From an uncultured virus (IMG/VR IMGVR_UViG_3300037343_000250) (taxonomy: Duplodnaviria; Heunggongvirae; Uroviricota; Caudoviricetes): a stretch of 64,000 nt of DNA. Positions 1-8,320 of this stretch are shown piece by piece. Position numbers and translations under genes: made by a program. The stretch is taken from positions 1-64,000 of IMG/VR virus record IMGVR_UViG_3300037343_000250; one strand, 5' to 3'. The notes beneath the pieces were generated by a model. It searched no databases and had not been told where the DNA came from. It saw only the letters and a program-made list of their open reading frames with translations. Position 1 is the stretch's first letter. Each line of letters begins with the position of its first letter.

Positions 1-228
1 AATTCGCCAAATGATTTTATGGTGGTATTGAAATCACAAGATATTGGTCAAATGCTTGTTACCCTTGCGCATGAAATGACACATGTTAAGCAATTTATGA
101 AAAATAATTTGTCGGCTCATTTTGACGACAAAATTCCATACATGGAACGCTGGTGGGAAAAAGAAGCATACGAGATGGAAGTTGTTATTACTAAATCGCT
201 TATAGAATATGTAAAAAATAAAACTTGA
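1..228 (+). CDS. 3' part of HExxH zinc-metallopeptidase-like protein (probably begins before the window)
   Basis: TLAHEMTHVKQ...WEKEAY motif. Confidence 0.55.
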   Translation, partial: NSPNDFMVVLKSQDIGQMLVTLAHEMTHVKQFMKNNLSAHFDDKIPYMERWWEKEAYEMEVVITKSLIEYVKNKT

Positions 229-253
229 CAAGTTAGAATAAATACCCTACATT
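225..253 (+). promoter_or_regulatory. host sigma70-type early promoter
   Basis: TTGACA-N17-TACATT; the same pattern precedes many small genes (e.g. 7255, 10972, 16514, 37488, 51823, 55493). Confidence 0.7.
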
Positions 254-281
254 AGAAAAGTAATGAAAGAGGAGATTTTAA

Positions 282-530
282 ATGTTTGGTGCAAAAATTG
301 GTCTTCATGTGATTAAATTCCCTTCGGGTCGTTTCGGTTATGTAGGTAGTCTTCCTACCTCTTGCTGCCGCCGCGTAAAAGCAACCATGTCGGGTATAAT
401 GGGTGGGCGAGCCATCCGCGAAGGTAAAGGACTATTTGAATACTCTTCGATGGTTTTTGGGACACAAAAAGAAGCCGTTGAACATGCAACATCGCTTGGA
501 CTTGATCCAAAACTACCAATGAAAGTTTGA
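282..530 (+). CDS. hypothetical early protein
   Basis: ORF with GAGGAG SD after early promoter. Confidence 0.75.
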   Translation: MFGAKIGLHVIKFPSGRFGYVGSLPTSCCRRVKATMSGIMGGRAIREGKGLFEYSSMVFGTQKEAVEHATSLGLDPKLPMKV

Positions 531-748
531 ACATGATTCGTAAAAAAAGTGAAAATCGTGAAATTGTTTTGGACCTTACAGGGCCTGATGGTAATGCATA
601 TGCTCTAATGGGATATGCGAAAAACTTTGCAAAGCAAATCGGTATAGATCACGAGCCAATCATAAACGAAATGAAAAGTGGTGATTACGAAAATCTTGTA
701 TTGACATTTGATAGGTACTTTGGCAGTATCGTAATTTTGGAGCGCTAA
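527..748 (+). CDS. conserved-type phage hypothetical protein
   Basis: LDLTGPDGNAYALMG motif; coupled to the upstream ORF. Confidence 0.7.
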   Translation: MNMIRKKSENREIVLDLTGPDGNAYALMGYAKNFAKQIGIDHEPIINEMKSGDYENLVLTFDRYFGSIVILER

Positions 749-749
749 T

Positions 750-914
750 ATGAATGCATACGAAAATAATGGTTTTGTGAATCGTGAAGAATATCTTGAT
801 TCGCTGGCAGAAGAATATGGTGATATGGTTTATGGACTTGCAGATCTACTTGGCCCAAATGAAGATTTTGATGGCTTGGTAACTACACTTGAAGATTTTG
901 CTGATATGGGGTAA
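750..914 (+). CDS. small acidic hypothetical protein, 54 aa (below ORF-track cutoff)
   Basis: manual translation MNAYENNGFVNREEYLDSLAEEYGD...LEDFADMG. Confidence 0.7.
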   Translation: MNAYENNGFVNREEYLDSLAEEYGDMVYGLADLLGPNEDFDGLVTTLEDFADMG

Positions 915-1366
915 TCTACTTTATTGTCAGTAACGAAATAATCAAGAAAAAAAATATAGTTATTGACAACGCTGTATAAATAGACCACAATGAATACATA
1001 AGATAATAACACGCTCTTTAAAACTAACTATAAATGTTCTTAGGTTGAAAAGCCGATAATAGAAATGAAACATTGATCTTGTATGGTGATGAGCCAATAA
1101 ATCAAGATTGTAAATTTTAGTTTCATATGTGAGTTTGTGAATTCATATATGAAACTAAACATGGTACTAAGGCAAACCATGCCCTTAGTTAAATCGTCCA
1201 GCAGTGGATAGAGCCTAACACATTACACAAGTAATATAAAGTAATCACGTGAACATTTTATATTACTATCGCTGCCCTCGGAAATGTTCAGGATAATGTG
1301 TATACAGTATATCCGAGGTACAATAATATATGAAAATAACTATATACGATATTAAAAGTCTGAAAA

Positions 1367-1456
1367 GGAGTAGATAGCAGTCAAGGTTGGCTGGTTTGTT
1401 TGCTAAACAAAACGTAGGCAAATGTCTATTCGATTCGAGCTCGAACTACTCCGCCA
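1367..1456 (+). tRNA. tRNA-Ser(GCU), atypical D/T arms
   Basis: GGAGTAG/CTACTCC acceptor, G discriminator, CCA; TTTGT-TTGCTAA-ACAAA; long variable arm. Confidence 0.7.
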
Positions 1457-1529
1457 AAACAATTAGATACTAAAATAAATGTTGACATGTACAAAGTTAT
1501 AAGTTGATATGTATAAAAAAATAGAATAT

Positions 1530-1613
1530 TCCAATGTAGAAGAACTGGTAAACTCATCAGACTGTTAATCTGACGCGAAAGCACTGTAGGTTCGAGTCCT
1601 ACCATTGGAGCCA
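1530..1613 (+). tRNA. tRNA-Asn(GUU) with enlarged variable arm
   Basis: TCCAATG/CATTGGA-G-CCA; TCAGA-CTGTTAA-TCTGA; GTAGGTTCGAGTCCTAC. Confidence 0.9.
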
Positions 1614-1634
1614 AATATTACGTGCTATTGTATC

Positions 1635-1711
1635 GGTGCTTTAGCTCAGATGGTGAGAGCATACCACTCATAATGGTAAGGTCTTTGGTTCGAATCCAAA
1701 AAGCACCACCA
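1635..1711 (+). tRNA. tRNA with CAU anticodon (Met or Ile2)
   Basis: GGTGCTT/AAGCACC-A-CCA; TACCA-CTCATAA-TGGTA. Confidence 0.9.
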
Positions 1712-1972
1712 AGTTTTTATAACCTAAGCAAAAAGCATATGCCACTTGCGGGATTGTATGCTTAGTAACTGCGGTATGTTCTAGCAGAGAATATCACATT
1801 CTCTGCTAGAACTTCAAAGTTTAATTATGGGGCTGTAGTTAAGTCTATAGAAATTATCTACAGGTCATAATTAAGGAGAGCTATGGTAATGCGGCTATGT
1901 AAAATAGTGTTACCTGCACAGACTTAGATTTGTGCCGTTGTCAACTACGATAGTGTTGAAGCTATAATCTAA

Positions 1973-2046
1973 CTCTTAATAGCGCAGTTTGGTAGCGCGT
2001 CCGCTTTGGGAGCGGAAGGTCGTAGGTTCAAATCCTACTTGAGAGA
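1973..2046 (+). tRNA. tRNA-Pro(UGG), CCA not encoded
   Basis: CTCTTAA/TTGAGAG; TCCGC-TTTGGGA-GCGGA; canonical D and T arms. Confidence 0.9.
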
Positions 2047-2119
2047 CACAGAGAACAAGATTATGAAACGTGTAGTAATGACAATAAAACTACGTTTATA
2101 ATATTGTTCTTGACGAAAT

Positions 2120-3282
2120 GGGTAGGTGGCCGAGTGGTCGATGGCGGGAGACTACATTTTAGTATCAACACCGTATTTATTATTCCATTCACTTATTCTT
2201 AATAGCAATTCATCAAGTGTTATTGATGAATTTCCTTTCTTGGAATTATTACCATCAACTCCGTTGTGTTTCATTATTCTGCAATTTGCTGGGTGTGAAA
2301 TTAAATCTGGATCAACATTGGTTTTAAATGCAAATGACACAGAAATCATGTGATCTCTAGAAACTCCATTATGGTTTGGCGTTTTATTCCTTCTCTTATA
2401 TCCATTAGGTGAATAAAATCCGTATAATTCTATCAGACCAAGATCAAATTCGCTAGGGTAATCAAAAACATTAAAAGTAAAAGATGCACGGTTCCTGTAT
2501 TCTGATAGGGTTGATATACAATTGTTGCAGTGTCTACCACAATAATTTTTAGTATAATTTCCACATTTAAGACAAGGTTTTACCTTGGTATACTCGCCTA
2601 AATATAATATTTTTGGATTGTATTTTTTGAGTTTACTAATGCACACTTTACACAAACTTGTTTTGTTATTCTTCAAAGTTGTGGAACTGGTAAATAGTTT
2701 TTTGCACTTGTTGCATTCTCTGAAATTCACATCACATATAGTAGAAAAATGTAATCTTAAAGCATTAGATATAGACAATTTAGTAGAAGAGCGATGTTCT
2801 TGGCGATTGGCACACGATTTAGAACAGAACATATTATTTCTTCTTTTGTAATCTTTGATGTTACTACATCTGTCGCAAATGTTTGGATTTTCAAAATATT
2901 TTAGTTCTCTTGATTGTCTTGTTTTTTCAAATCTCTTTGATTTTTCAAGATTTGTATCTTTGATCCCTCTTTTAATTGCTTCTGAATTCTTAATATTAAA
3001 ATCAGAACAAGATAGAGGAAAATCTGGATATTTTAATCTTAATTCATCTACAGAAGAAAAACCAAAATTTTTAATATTTTGCTTAGTTATTCTTCTACAA
3101 ATGTAACCATTGTCAGGTGAAACTAACTTTTCTGGGTATACAAATTTGCTATAAATAGTCATATGCTGGAACTCCTCTATGTTTCTAGAGTAACTGGGTT
3201 TCGTGGATGTCACCGCGAGTTACAATACTATTTATAAGATTGTGAAAGCCCCTCGTTGGTTCAAATCCAACCCTACCCACCA
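2120..3282 (+). pseudogene. interrupted class-II tRNA (probably Tyr): 5' half 2120-2153, 3' half about 3242-3282
   Basis: GGGTAGG (2120) pairs with CCTACCC-A-CCA (3272-3282); D arm and GGAGA-CT lie 5' of the insert; half a variable arm plus T arm lie 3' of it. Confidence 0.8.
2152..3162 (-). CDS. putative HNH homing endonuclease with CxxC zinc-finger repeats
   Basis: C-terminal SRDHMIS...HPANCRIM...NNSK; multiple CxxC; AGGAG SD before ATG 3162; minus-strand TATAAATA at 3236-3229. Confidence 0.75.
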   Translation of the reverse strand: MTIYSKFVYPEKLVSPDNGYICRRITKQNIKNFGFSSVDELRLKYPDFPLSCSDFNIKNSEAIKRGIKDTNLEKSKRFEKTRQSRELKYFENPNICDRCSNIKDYKRRNNMFCSKSCANRQEHRSSTKLSISNALRLHFSTICDVNFRECNKCKKLFTSSTTLKNNKTSLCKVCISKLKKYNPKILYLGEYTKVKPCLKCGNYTKNYCGRHCNNCISTLSEYRNRASFTFNVFDYPSEFDLGLIELYGFYSPNGYKRRNKTPNHNGVSRDHMISVSFAFKTNVDPDLISHPANCRIMKHNGVDGNNSKKGNSSITLDELLLRISEWNNKYGVDTKM

Positions 3283-3561
3283 ATTTTATGTGGTGTATTT
3301 GTATCAGAGACACTTACTTTATGCCCAGAAAAGATGCTGGTAAAACCGTTAAATGCTTTCTCAGGCTTTGCATTAAGGGTAACACATAAAAAGTACCTAA
3401 AGAATATCCTATTAGTATAAGCTATGAAGCAGCAACAGGGAACGGGGTTTCAATGACTGCGGAATGATACATCGGGGATACCCAAAGGGCCGAAAGGTAA
3501 GCAGATTAGCGACCTGCATAGGATACTTATTCACTAAATAACCACAAAACATAGGTGAAAT

Positions 3562-4221
3562 ATGTCTAAACCCAAATTTATTACTTTTACTGGAATTGAT
3601 GAACATACAAACTTGTACGAGGCTTATACATTACAAAAAGAGTATCCTATTGAATGGGGAATTTTATGTAGTGAAAATCCCAAGAATAATCCGAGGTATC
3701 CTTCATTTGACTTCATAAATTACGCGCGCAAAGCGTTAGGTTCGATGTCAATTCACCTTTGCGGATCTATATCAATATCTACTTTACTAACTTCGGAAAT
3801 GCCTAGTATTTGTCATTTGTTTGATAGGGTACAGATAAATGCGATTGCTAAGAATTACAACAAAGATGCCTTGCGTAATCTTCATTATTATTATGACCTT
3901 GTAATTCAACATCGAGACCCCACAACTTTTGAGTCACCATATAGTGATTTTGGTGACTTGCTTTATGACCCATCAGGTGGTAGAGGAATTCATCCTAATG
4001 CATGGCCAACTTCTAATTCATCAGGTGACAAATTAGTTGGATATGCAGGTGGAATTTCTGAAAATAATGTCAAGGAATTAATTAGTAGTGATGCTATGAA
4101 AAATCAAAACTATTGGATTGATATGGAATCAAGTATTAGAACTAATAACTTGCTGGACATTGGTAAATGCAGAAGAATATGCGAAATTGTTTATGATTGT
4201 GATAAGGTATACGTATCATAA
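3562..4221 (+). CDS. phosphoribosylanthranilate-isomerase (TrpF)-like TIM-barrel protein
   Basis: DPSGGRG...GYAGGISENNV...WIDMESSIR motifs. Confidence 0.6.
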   Translation: MSKPKFITFTGIDEHTNLYEAYTLQKEYPIEWGILCSENPKNNPRYPSFDFINYARKALGSMSIHLCGSISISTLLTSEMPSICHLFDRVQINAIAKNYNKDALRNLHYYYDLVIQHRDPTTFESPYSDFGDLLYDPSGGRGIHPNAWPTSNSSGDKLVGYAGGISENNVKELISSDAMKNQNYWIDMESSIRTNNLLDIGKCRRICEIVYDCDKVYVS

Positions 4222-4222
4222 A

Positions 4223-4314
4223 GGAAATATGGTAGAGTCTGGCTTATTGCACTCGCCTTGAAAGCGAGAGGGGGTGAAAGCCCCCCGTGGGTTCGAATCC
4301 CACTATTTCCGCCA
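4223..4314 (+). tRNA. tRNA-Ser(UGA)
   Basis: GGAAATA/TATTTCC-G-CCA; CTCGC-CTTGAAA-GCGAG; long variable arm. Confidence 0.92.
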
Positions 4315-4391
4315 AAATACAATAAAATTCGGTAATACATGTTGACACGAAAAGTTTAACATGGTACATTGTATTAAGAAGTAATAATCGT

Positions 4392-4468
4392 GGGCCAGTA
4401 GCTCAATTGGTTTGAGCAATCCCCTCATAAGGGAGAGGTTGTAGGTTCAAGTCCTACCTGGCCTACCA
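4392..4468 (+). tRNA. tRNA with CAU anticodon (Ile2-like or Met)
   Basis: GGGCCAG/CTGGCCT-A-CCA; TCCC-CTCATAA-GGGA. Confidence 0.9.
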
Positions 4469-4504
4469 TTATTACTTATTAGTATTAAAATTTAGGAGTT
4501 TCTT

Positions 4505-5191
4505 ATGAGTCAAGTTTGGGATGCACTTGTCGGTATTCAAGATAGGTTAGTTCAAAGATTTGAATCTGATGGACATGAAGTATTTGAAAAAGGCATGGCG
4601 CAGTTTAATAAACCAAACTGGGTCAATAGAGTATGGATCAGCGAAAACTATCGTCGCGCACACGTTGATGTAGTAGATGTTAGAGATACAAAAGGTCTTT
4701 GGATGATGCATTGTTGCATATTTCCACACCTACACAATAATGGCCCCATTTTCGGTCTTGATGTAATTGCAGGCAAAAATAAAATTACTGGATTTTTTCA
4801 TGATTATTCTGCAAGCGTAGATACTGAACATGAAATGATTGTCAATTTTGGTGAAGAAGTTGATAGTTTAGAATGGCGAAAGAAACGCGATCTACCAGAT
4901 TGGGCAAAAGCTATTTTTAGCCCCCATATGATTGCAGCAGGTAATGTAAATAATACAGAAGAGATTGATCAGATTGTAGAAGTCAGTTACAAAAGCATAG
5001 ATAAATATCTTTTGGGTATAGGAAAAACTAACGATACATCTGATACAATTTCGGTGCAAGAAGCACAAAATCGCTACGCCTATTATCAGAAGCAAAACCC
5101 ACATACACCTAAAACAATGGTTAGTTTGGGATTGTCCGAAGAAGATGTGAAAACATTTATACAAGAATGTCTTTTTCCAGAAATTAAATAA
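4505..5191 (+). CDS. pcyX: ferredoxin-dependent bilin reductase, PcyX/PcyA-like
   Basis: YRRAHVDVVD...LWMMHCCIFP...PIFGLDVIAG...GFFHDYS...LPDWAKAIFS...QKQNPHT...CLFP match FDBR family motifs. Confidence 0.8.
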   Translation: MSQVWDALVGIQDRLVQRFESDGHEVFEKGMAQFNKPNWVNRVWISENYRRAHVDVVDVRDTKGLWMMHCCIFPHLHNNGPIFGLDVIAGKNKITGFFHDYSASVDTEHEMIVNFGEEVDSLEWRKKRDLPDWAKAIFSPHMIAAGNVNNTEEIDQIVEVSYKSIDKYLLGIGKTNDTSDTISVQEAQNRYAYYQKQNPHTPKTMVSLGLSEEDVKTFIQECLFPEIK

Positions 5192-5260
5192 GATGTTGAC
5201 AACACTAAGAACTTCGTTTAATGTAATTGTAAGTTGCATAAAACCTAAAGGAAATATGAC

Positions 5261-5470
5261 ATGAAACGCAAGACAATTGAAGTCGGTAAGTTATTGAATG
5301 CTGCTAATGCTGCACTGTCTGCAAAAGATAGCACTGCGGATGGGCGCGAAGCGGTATGTGCAATGATTGAGTATGTTTTGATGGATACTAATAACTATGC
5401 AGGATTTCGGTATCTGAATACAGATGAAATTCTTGGTAACGGTTCAAGGCGAAGTTATTTTACAAAATAA
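5261..5470 (+). CDS. hypothetical early protein
   Basis: AAGGA SD, upstream TTGACA promoter. Confidence 0.7.
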   Translation: MKRKTIEVGKLLNAANAALSAKDSTADGREAVCAMIEYVLMDTNNYAGFRYLNTDEILGNGSRRSYFTK

Positions 5471-5586
5471 CTTCAAAAAATTGTAGGAATTACCACTAAT
5501 CATATGCGGAGAGCTTGACCCAACTCGTTGATGCGATTATGCAATTCCTACCTGCTAGAGACAATTGGTCCCTCTCTAGACAGTTT

Positions 5587-5638
5587 GCGGCATTGGTTTT
5601 TCAAACCAAAGAAACGGATTAGATTCCCATATGCCGCT
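5587..5638 (+). pseudogene. degenerate tRNA-Glu(UUC)-like remnant lacking the D arm
   Basis: GCGGCAT/ATGCCGC ends; TTGGT-TTTTCAA-ACCAA; broken T arm. Confidence 0.4.
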
Positions 5639-5763
5639 CTAAACAATATCTGAGTTATTCGAGACATATTGGCCTTAAAATCAATGGAACGCATTGTGGA
5701 TTAGCTACCATGTATTGCTTGTATACCTAGACGGTAACTTGGAGGCGCCATTTAAACTAACAC

Positions 5764-5838
5764 GCTGATGTGGCCGAATGGTAAGGCAACTGATTTGTAA
5801 TCAGTAGATTGGGAGTTCGATTCTCTCCATCAGCACCA
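5764..5838 (+). tRNA. tRNA-Thr(UGU)
   Basis: GCTGATG/CATCAGC-A-CCA; ACTGA-TTTGTAA-TCAGT. Confidence 0.93.
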
Positions 5839-5923
5839 AAAATTAAGATACGACATGAGCCCCTTACGCATATTCTACTAATGTCTTTGTGGTTTGACCG
5901 ATTGATAATAAGAATATAAATAC

Positions 5924-6000
5924 AGGGGTGTGGTACTAATTGGAAAAATGCGGGTCTCCAAAACCTTGCGACGCGGGTTCAATTCCCGCTGCTCCTGCCA
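5924..6000 (+). tRNA. tRNA-Trp(CCA), weak D stem
   Basis: AGGGGTG/TGCTCCT-G-CCA; GGGT-CTCCAAA-ACCT; GCGGGTTCAATTCCCGC. Confidence 0.8.
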
Positions 6001-6018
6001 TAAATAGTAGATAATAAT

Positions 6019-6094
6019 GGGGTATTAGCTCATCTGGGAGAGCGCTATGTTTGCAACGTAGATGTGATCGGTTCGAGTCCGATATACTCCACCA
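6019..6094 (+). tRNA. tRNA-Ala(UGC)
   Basis: GGGGTAT/ATACTCC-A-CCA with G3.U70; CTATG-TTTGCAA-CGTAG. Confidence 0.93.
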
Positions 6095-6516
6095 AAATTA
6101 ATATGCCCCCTCACGCCTATCCTGCTAATGCCTTTGCAGTGAAGCGCATCACGAGGAGTAAACGCAGAAAATGGATCGTTCTGTTTATAGGATTTAAAAT
6201 CGGTCTGGTGAAGAAAACACTTTAACATATCCAACACCTTCGACTGTAGGCAAGTCGAAGGTGTTGCTATCATAACTAGGAGAATCATACACCAACAATA
6301 ACGGTGTATCGACTATGACGGTTAAGCCATACAGTTAGTTAATTTGTAGCGTCTAATCCCATAGACAGCAAACGGCGGTGCGGCTGATTTAAATCAGCGT
6401 TAAATCTCGAAGCGCACCTTAATGATAATGTGTGCAGCCTGCTACAAATTAACTATTGACAAACTATTATAATTAGTGTATAAATAACTATACAAACGCT
6501 ATTTTATATGTATCAT

Positions 6517-6593
6517 TGCGGGATAGTGCAGTCTGGTAGCTCGTCAGCCTCATAAGCTGAAGGTCGTAGGTTCAAATCCTACTCCCGCAACCA
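6517..6593 (+). tRNA. initiator-like tRNA-Met(CAU)
   Basis: TGCGGGA/TCCCGCA-A-CCA; GGTAGCTCGTCAGC-CTCATAA-GCTGAAGGTCGTAGGTTCAAATCC resembles fMet. Confidence 0.88.
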
Positions 6594-6870
6594 TAATACG
6601 CTGATTAAGTCCGTTCAGTTTACGGTATGAATCAATAAGAAATATGTTTGTGTGTACAGATATATTCCAATAGGTGCAATTCCTAAAATCGGCTCCAAAT
6701 CAAAGGACTGTCCATTGTCCTCCTGTAAAGGTCCAGTGAAGTATTGGATAAGATATGTGGTAAAAGTCGCATTTTATTAGTAGCAGCATATCTAAAAGAA
6801 AAGAGGCCACTGGTAGGCTGTTGTAAGTAACGGTCTAGGGTGTCAGGCCCGAAATACCTGACAAAGATAC

Positions 6871-6961
6871 GTTCAGCATTGGTTAGGTTTAACTGGTTTG
6901 CATTAACACAGGCGTCATGATGCACAATCCAAGTGGGGTTCAATTCCCCCGCTGAACACCA
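6871..6961 (+). tRNA. atypical class-II tRNA-like element (Leu-UAA-like, irregular anticodon loop)
   Basis: GTTCAGC/GCTGAAC-A-CCA and T arm clear; anticodon arm GTTTG-CATTAACA-CAGGC has an 8-nt loop. Confidence 0.5.
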
Positions 6962-7314
6962 ATAGAATTGTTCGATAGCCTTAAAGATTGTGATTATATT
7001 GGCTTTATGCCATCAAAATTATTGTGGGCGAAAACACAAAAAGGTGTTGGAAGTTACCACTATTTTAGAAAGAGAGGCAAACACAAATGAAACTTGTAAG
7101 TGCTAAAAGAACACACAATCCAGAAACGTTCGGTGCAGAGCTGGAAGTAACTTTGCGAATTCCTTTTGAGATCAAAGAGCAGACAAAAGATACTGAGTTT
7201 TTTGAAAAAATCGGAAGAGAATTGTTTCATTTGCTAGATAATTGAAAAAATGTGTTGACAACATCTTAATCTTCTACTATATTAAAAGCATAGACAGAAA
7301 CAAAGGAGATTAAA

Positions 7315-7542
7315 ATGAAACGCGGTCCCAAAACTCTTGCTGAAAATAACAAGCTTGTTGCTACGATTCTTTCCAACTTTTGTGATTCTAAACTGTCCCG
7401 CTATCAGAAATTGAAACTCGCAAGTCGCGGTCTGCTGGTCCAAGTACCAGTAAAGTCTGATACGCGCGGTCGGCCAGCCATTGTGTATGAATTGTCTGGT
7501 AAAGGTCGCGGATTCGTTGCTCTTTCTAAAAAGTGGAAATAA
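7315..7542 (+). CDS. small winged-helix-like DNA-binding protein
   Basis: LASRGLL...RGRPAIVYELSGKG wing motif; AAGGAG SD; early promoter at 7255. Confidence 0.55.
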   Translation: MKRGPKTLAENNKLVATILSNFCDSKLSRYQKLKLASRGLLVQVPVKSDTRGRPAIVYELSGKGRGFVALSKKWK

Positions 7543-7965
7543 GTCTTTACAATGGTGAAGTGATGTTGTAATGTCACTTCATAAGGAGAACAAAATGAAA
7601 AACAAATACGGAAACTTCCCTATGATTCGTTGCCTTCTTGTTTTAATGATTACACCAATTGTAGTGATATACGGGCCGATTGTAGTTTCAAAAATAATTT
7701 CCAGCTTCTAAAATAAAAGAGTTGACAACAGAAAAGAAATAGACTAAGATAACAATATAGATCATGTATGGCGACGAACCAATAAACCATGATTGATATA
7801 GCTACAAAAGTGTAATAGTGCATATACCTTGGGCAAAAGTGATAAGATAGTGTTTATTTGATGTACTGGAATAAACACCGTAATCATAAGTAGTTTTAGA
7901 ACAAGGTGGGGTTGGCGCAAAACCAACATGTAGCTAAATTTTAATGGGTGAATAGAAGTCTTTGT

Positions 7966-8049
7966 GGAAGAGTAGGAAAATTGGTTATCCCCTTTCCGCT
8001 CATAACGGAACGCTTAACAGCACTGTCGGTTCAAGTCCGACCTCCTCCA
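7966..8049 (+). tRNA. tRNA-Met(CAU)-type with enlarged variable arm, no encoded CCA
   Basis: GGAAGAG/CTCCTCC (one mismatch); TTCCG-CTCATAA-CGGAA; GTCGGTTCAAGTCCGAC. Confidence 0.75.
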
Positions 8050-8125
8050 CAAAGACTTCTACCATTATATCTAATATTTTGATACATCTGTATCAGGAAC
8101 AATGTCTAAGTTGACTAATTTTGAT

Positions 8126-8160
8126 GGCACCTTAGCTCAGTTGGATAGAGCAATGGACTT
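8126..8160 (+). pseudogene. orphan 5' half of a tRNA-Arg-like gene
   Basis: GGCACCTTAGCTCAGTTGGATAGAGCAATGGACTT: canonical D arm, stops at the anticodon loop. Confidence 0.6.
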
Positions 8161-8173
8161 TTTTAATTCTGCT

Positions 8174-8252
8174 GCACCCGTATCGGAACCGCCTTCTAAG
8201 CGGTAGTACCGTAATTGGATCGATGGGGGTTCGAGTCCCTCCGGGTGCGCCA
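8174..8252 (+). tRNA. non-canonical D-armless tRNA-Arg(UCU)-like RNA
   Basis: GCACCCG/CGGGTGC-G-CCA; ACCGC-CTTCTAA-GCGGT; GGGGGTTCGAGTCCCTC; only 7 nt where the D arm should be. Confidence 0.7.
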
Positions 8253-8267
8253 AAATTAAAATACACG

Positions 8268-8320
8268 TTTCATTCGAACCCCCGTTTATATAAATAATAC
8301 AAACAGAGGTTCGAATGAAA
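8268..8320 (+). promoter_or_regulatory. late promoter inside an RBS-sequestering hairpin
   Basis: TTTCATTCGAACC/GGTTCGAATGAAA perfect 13-bp inverted repeat covering part of the SD and the ATG; TATAAATA at 8289-8296 in the loop. Confidence 0.8.

Noticed and set aside
2154..3241. Group I intron in the tRNA anticodon loop
   Set aside because: The insert is almost entirely an antisense ORF, no catalytic core is recognisable, and the anticodon plus 3' stem strand are missing, so splicing could not restore a tRNA. An Infernal search would settle it.
3239..3250. TT-GTG-AA read as a tRNA-His anticodon loop
   Set aside because: The flanks do not pair with the 5'-half GGAGA; GTGAAAGCCCC matches the variable-arm hairpin of tRNA-Ser near 4270.
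5648..5752. Possible tRNA-Leu remnant (ATTGG-CCTTAAAA-TCAAT ... GCGCCA)
   Set aside because: No convincing acceptor stem or T arm.
6380..6420. Pistol-ribozyme-like hairpin followed by GTTAAAT
   Set aside because: The pseudoknot partner and downstream conserved elements were not found.
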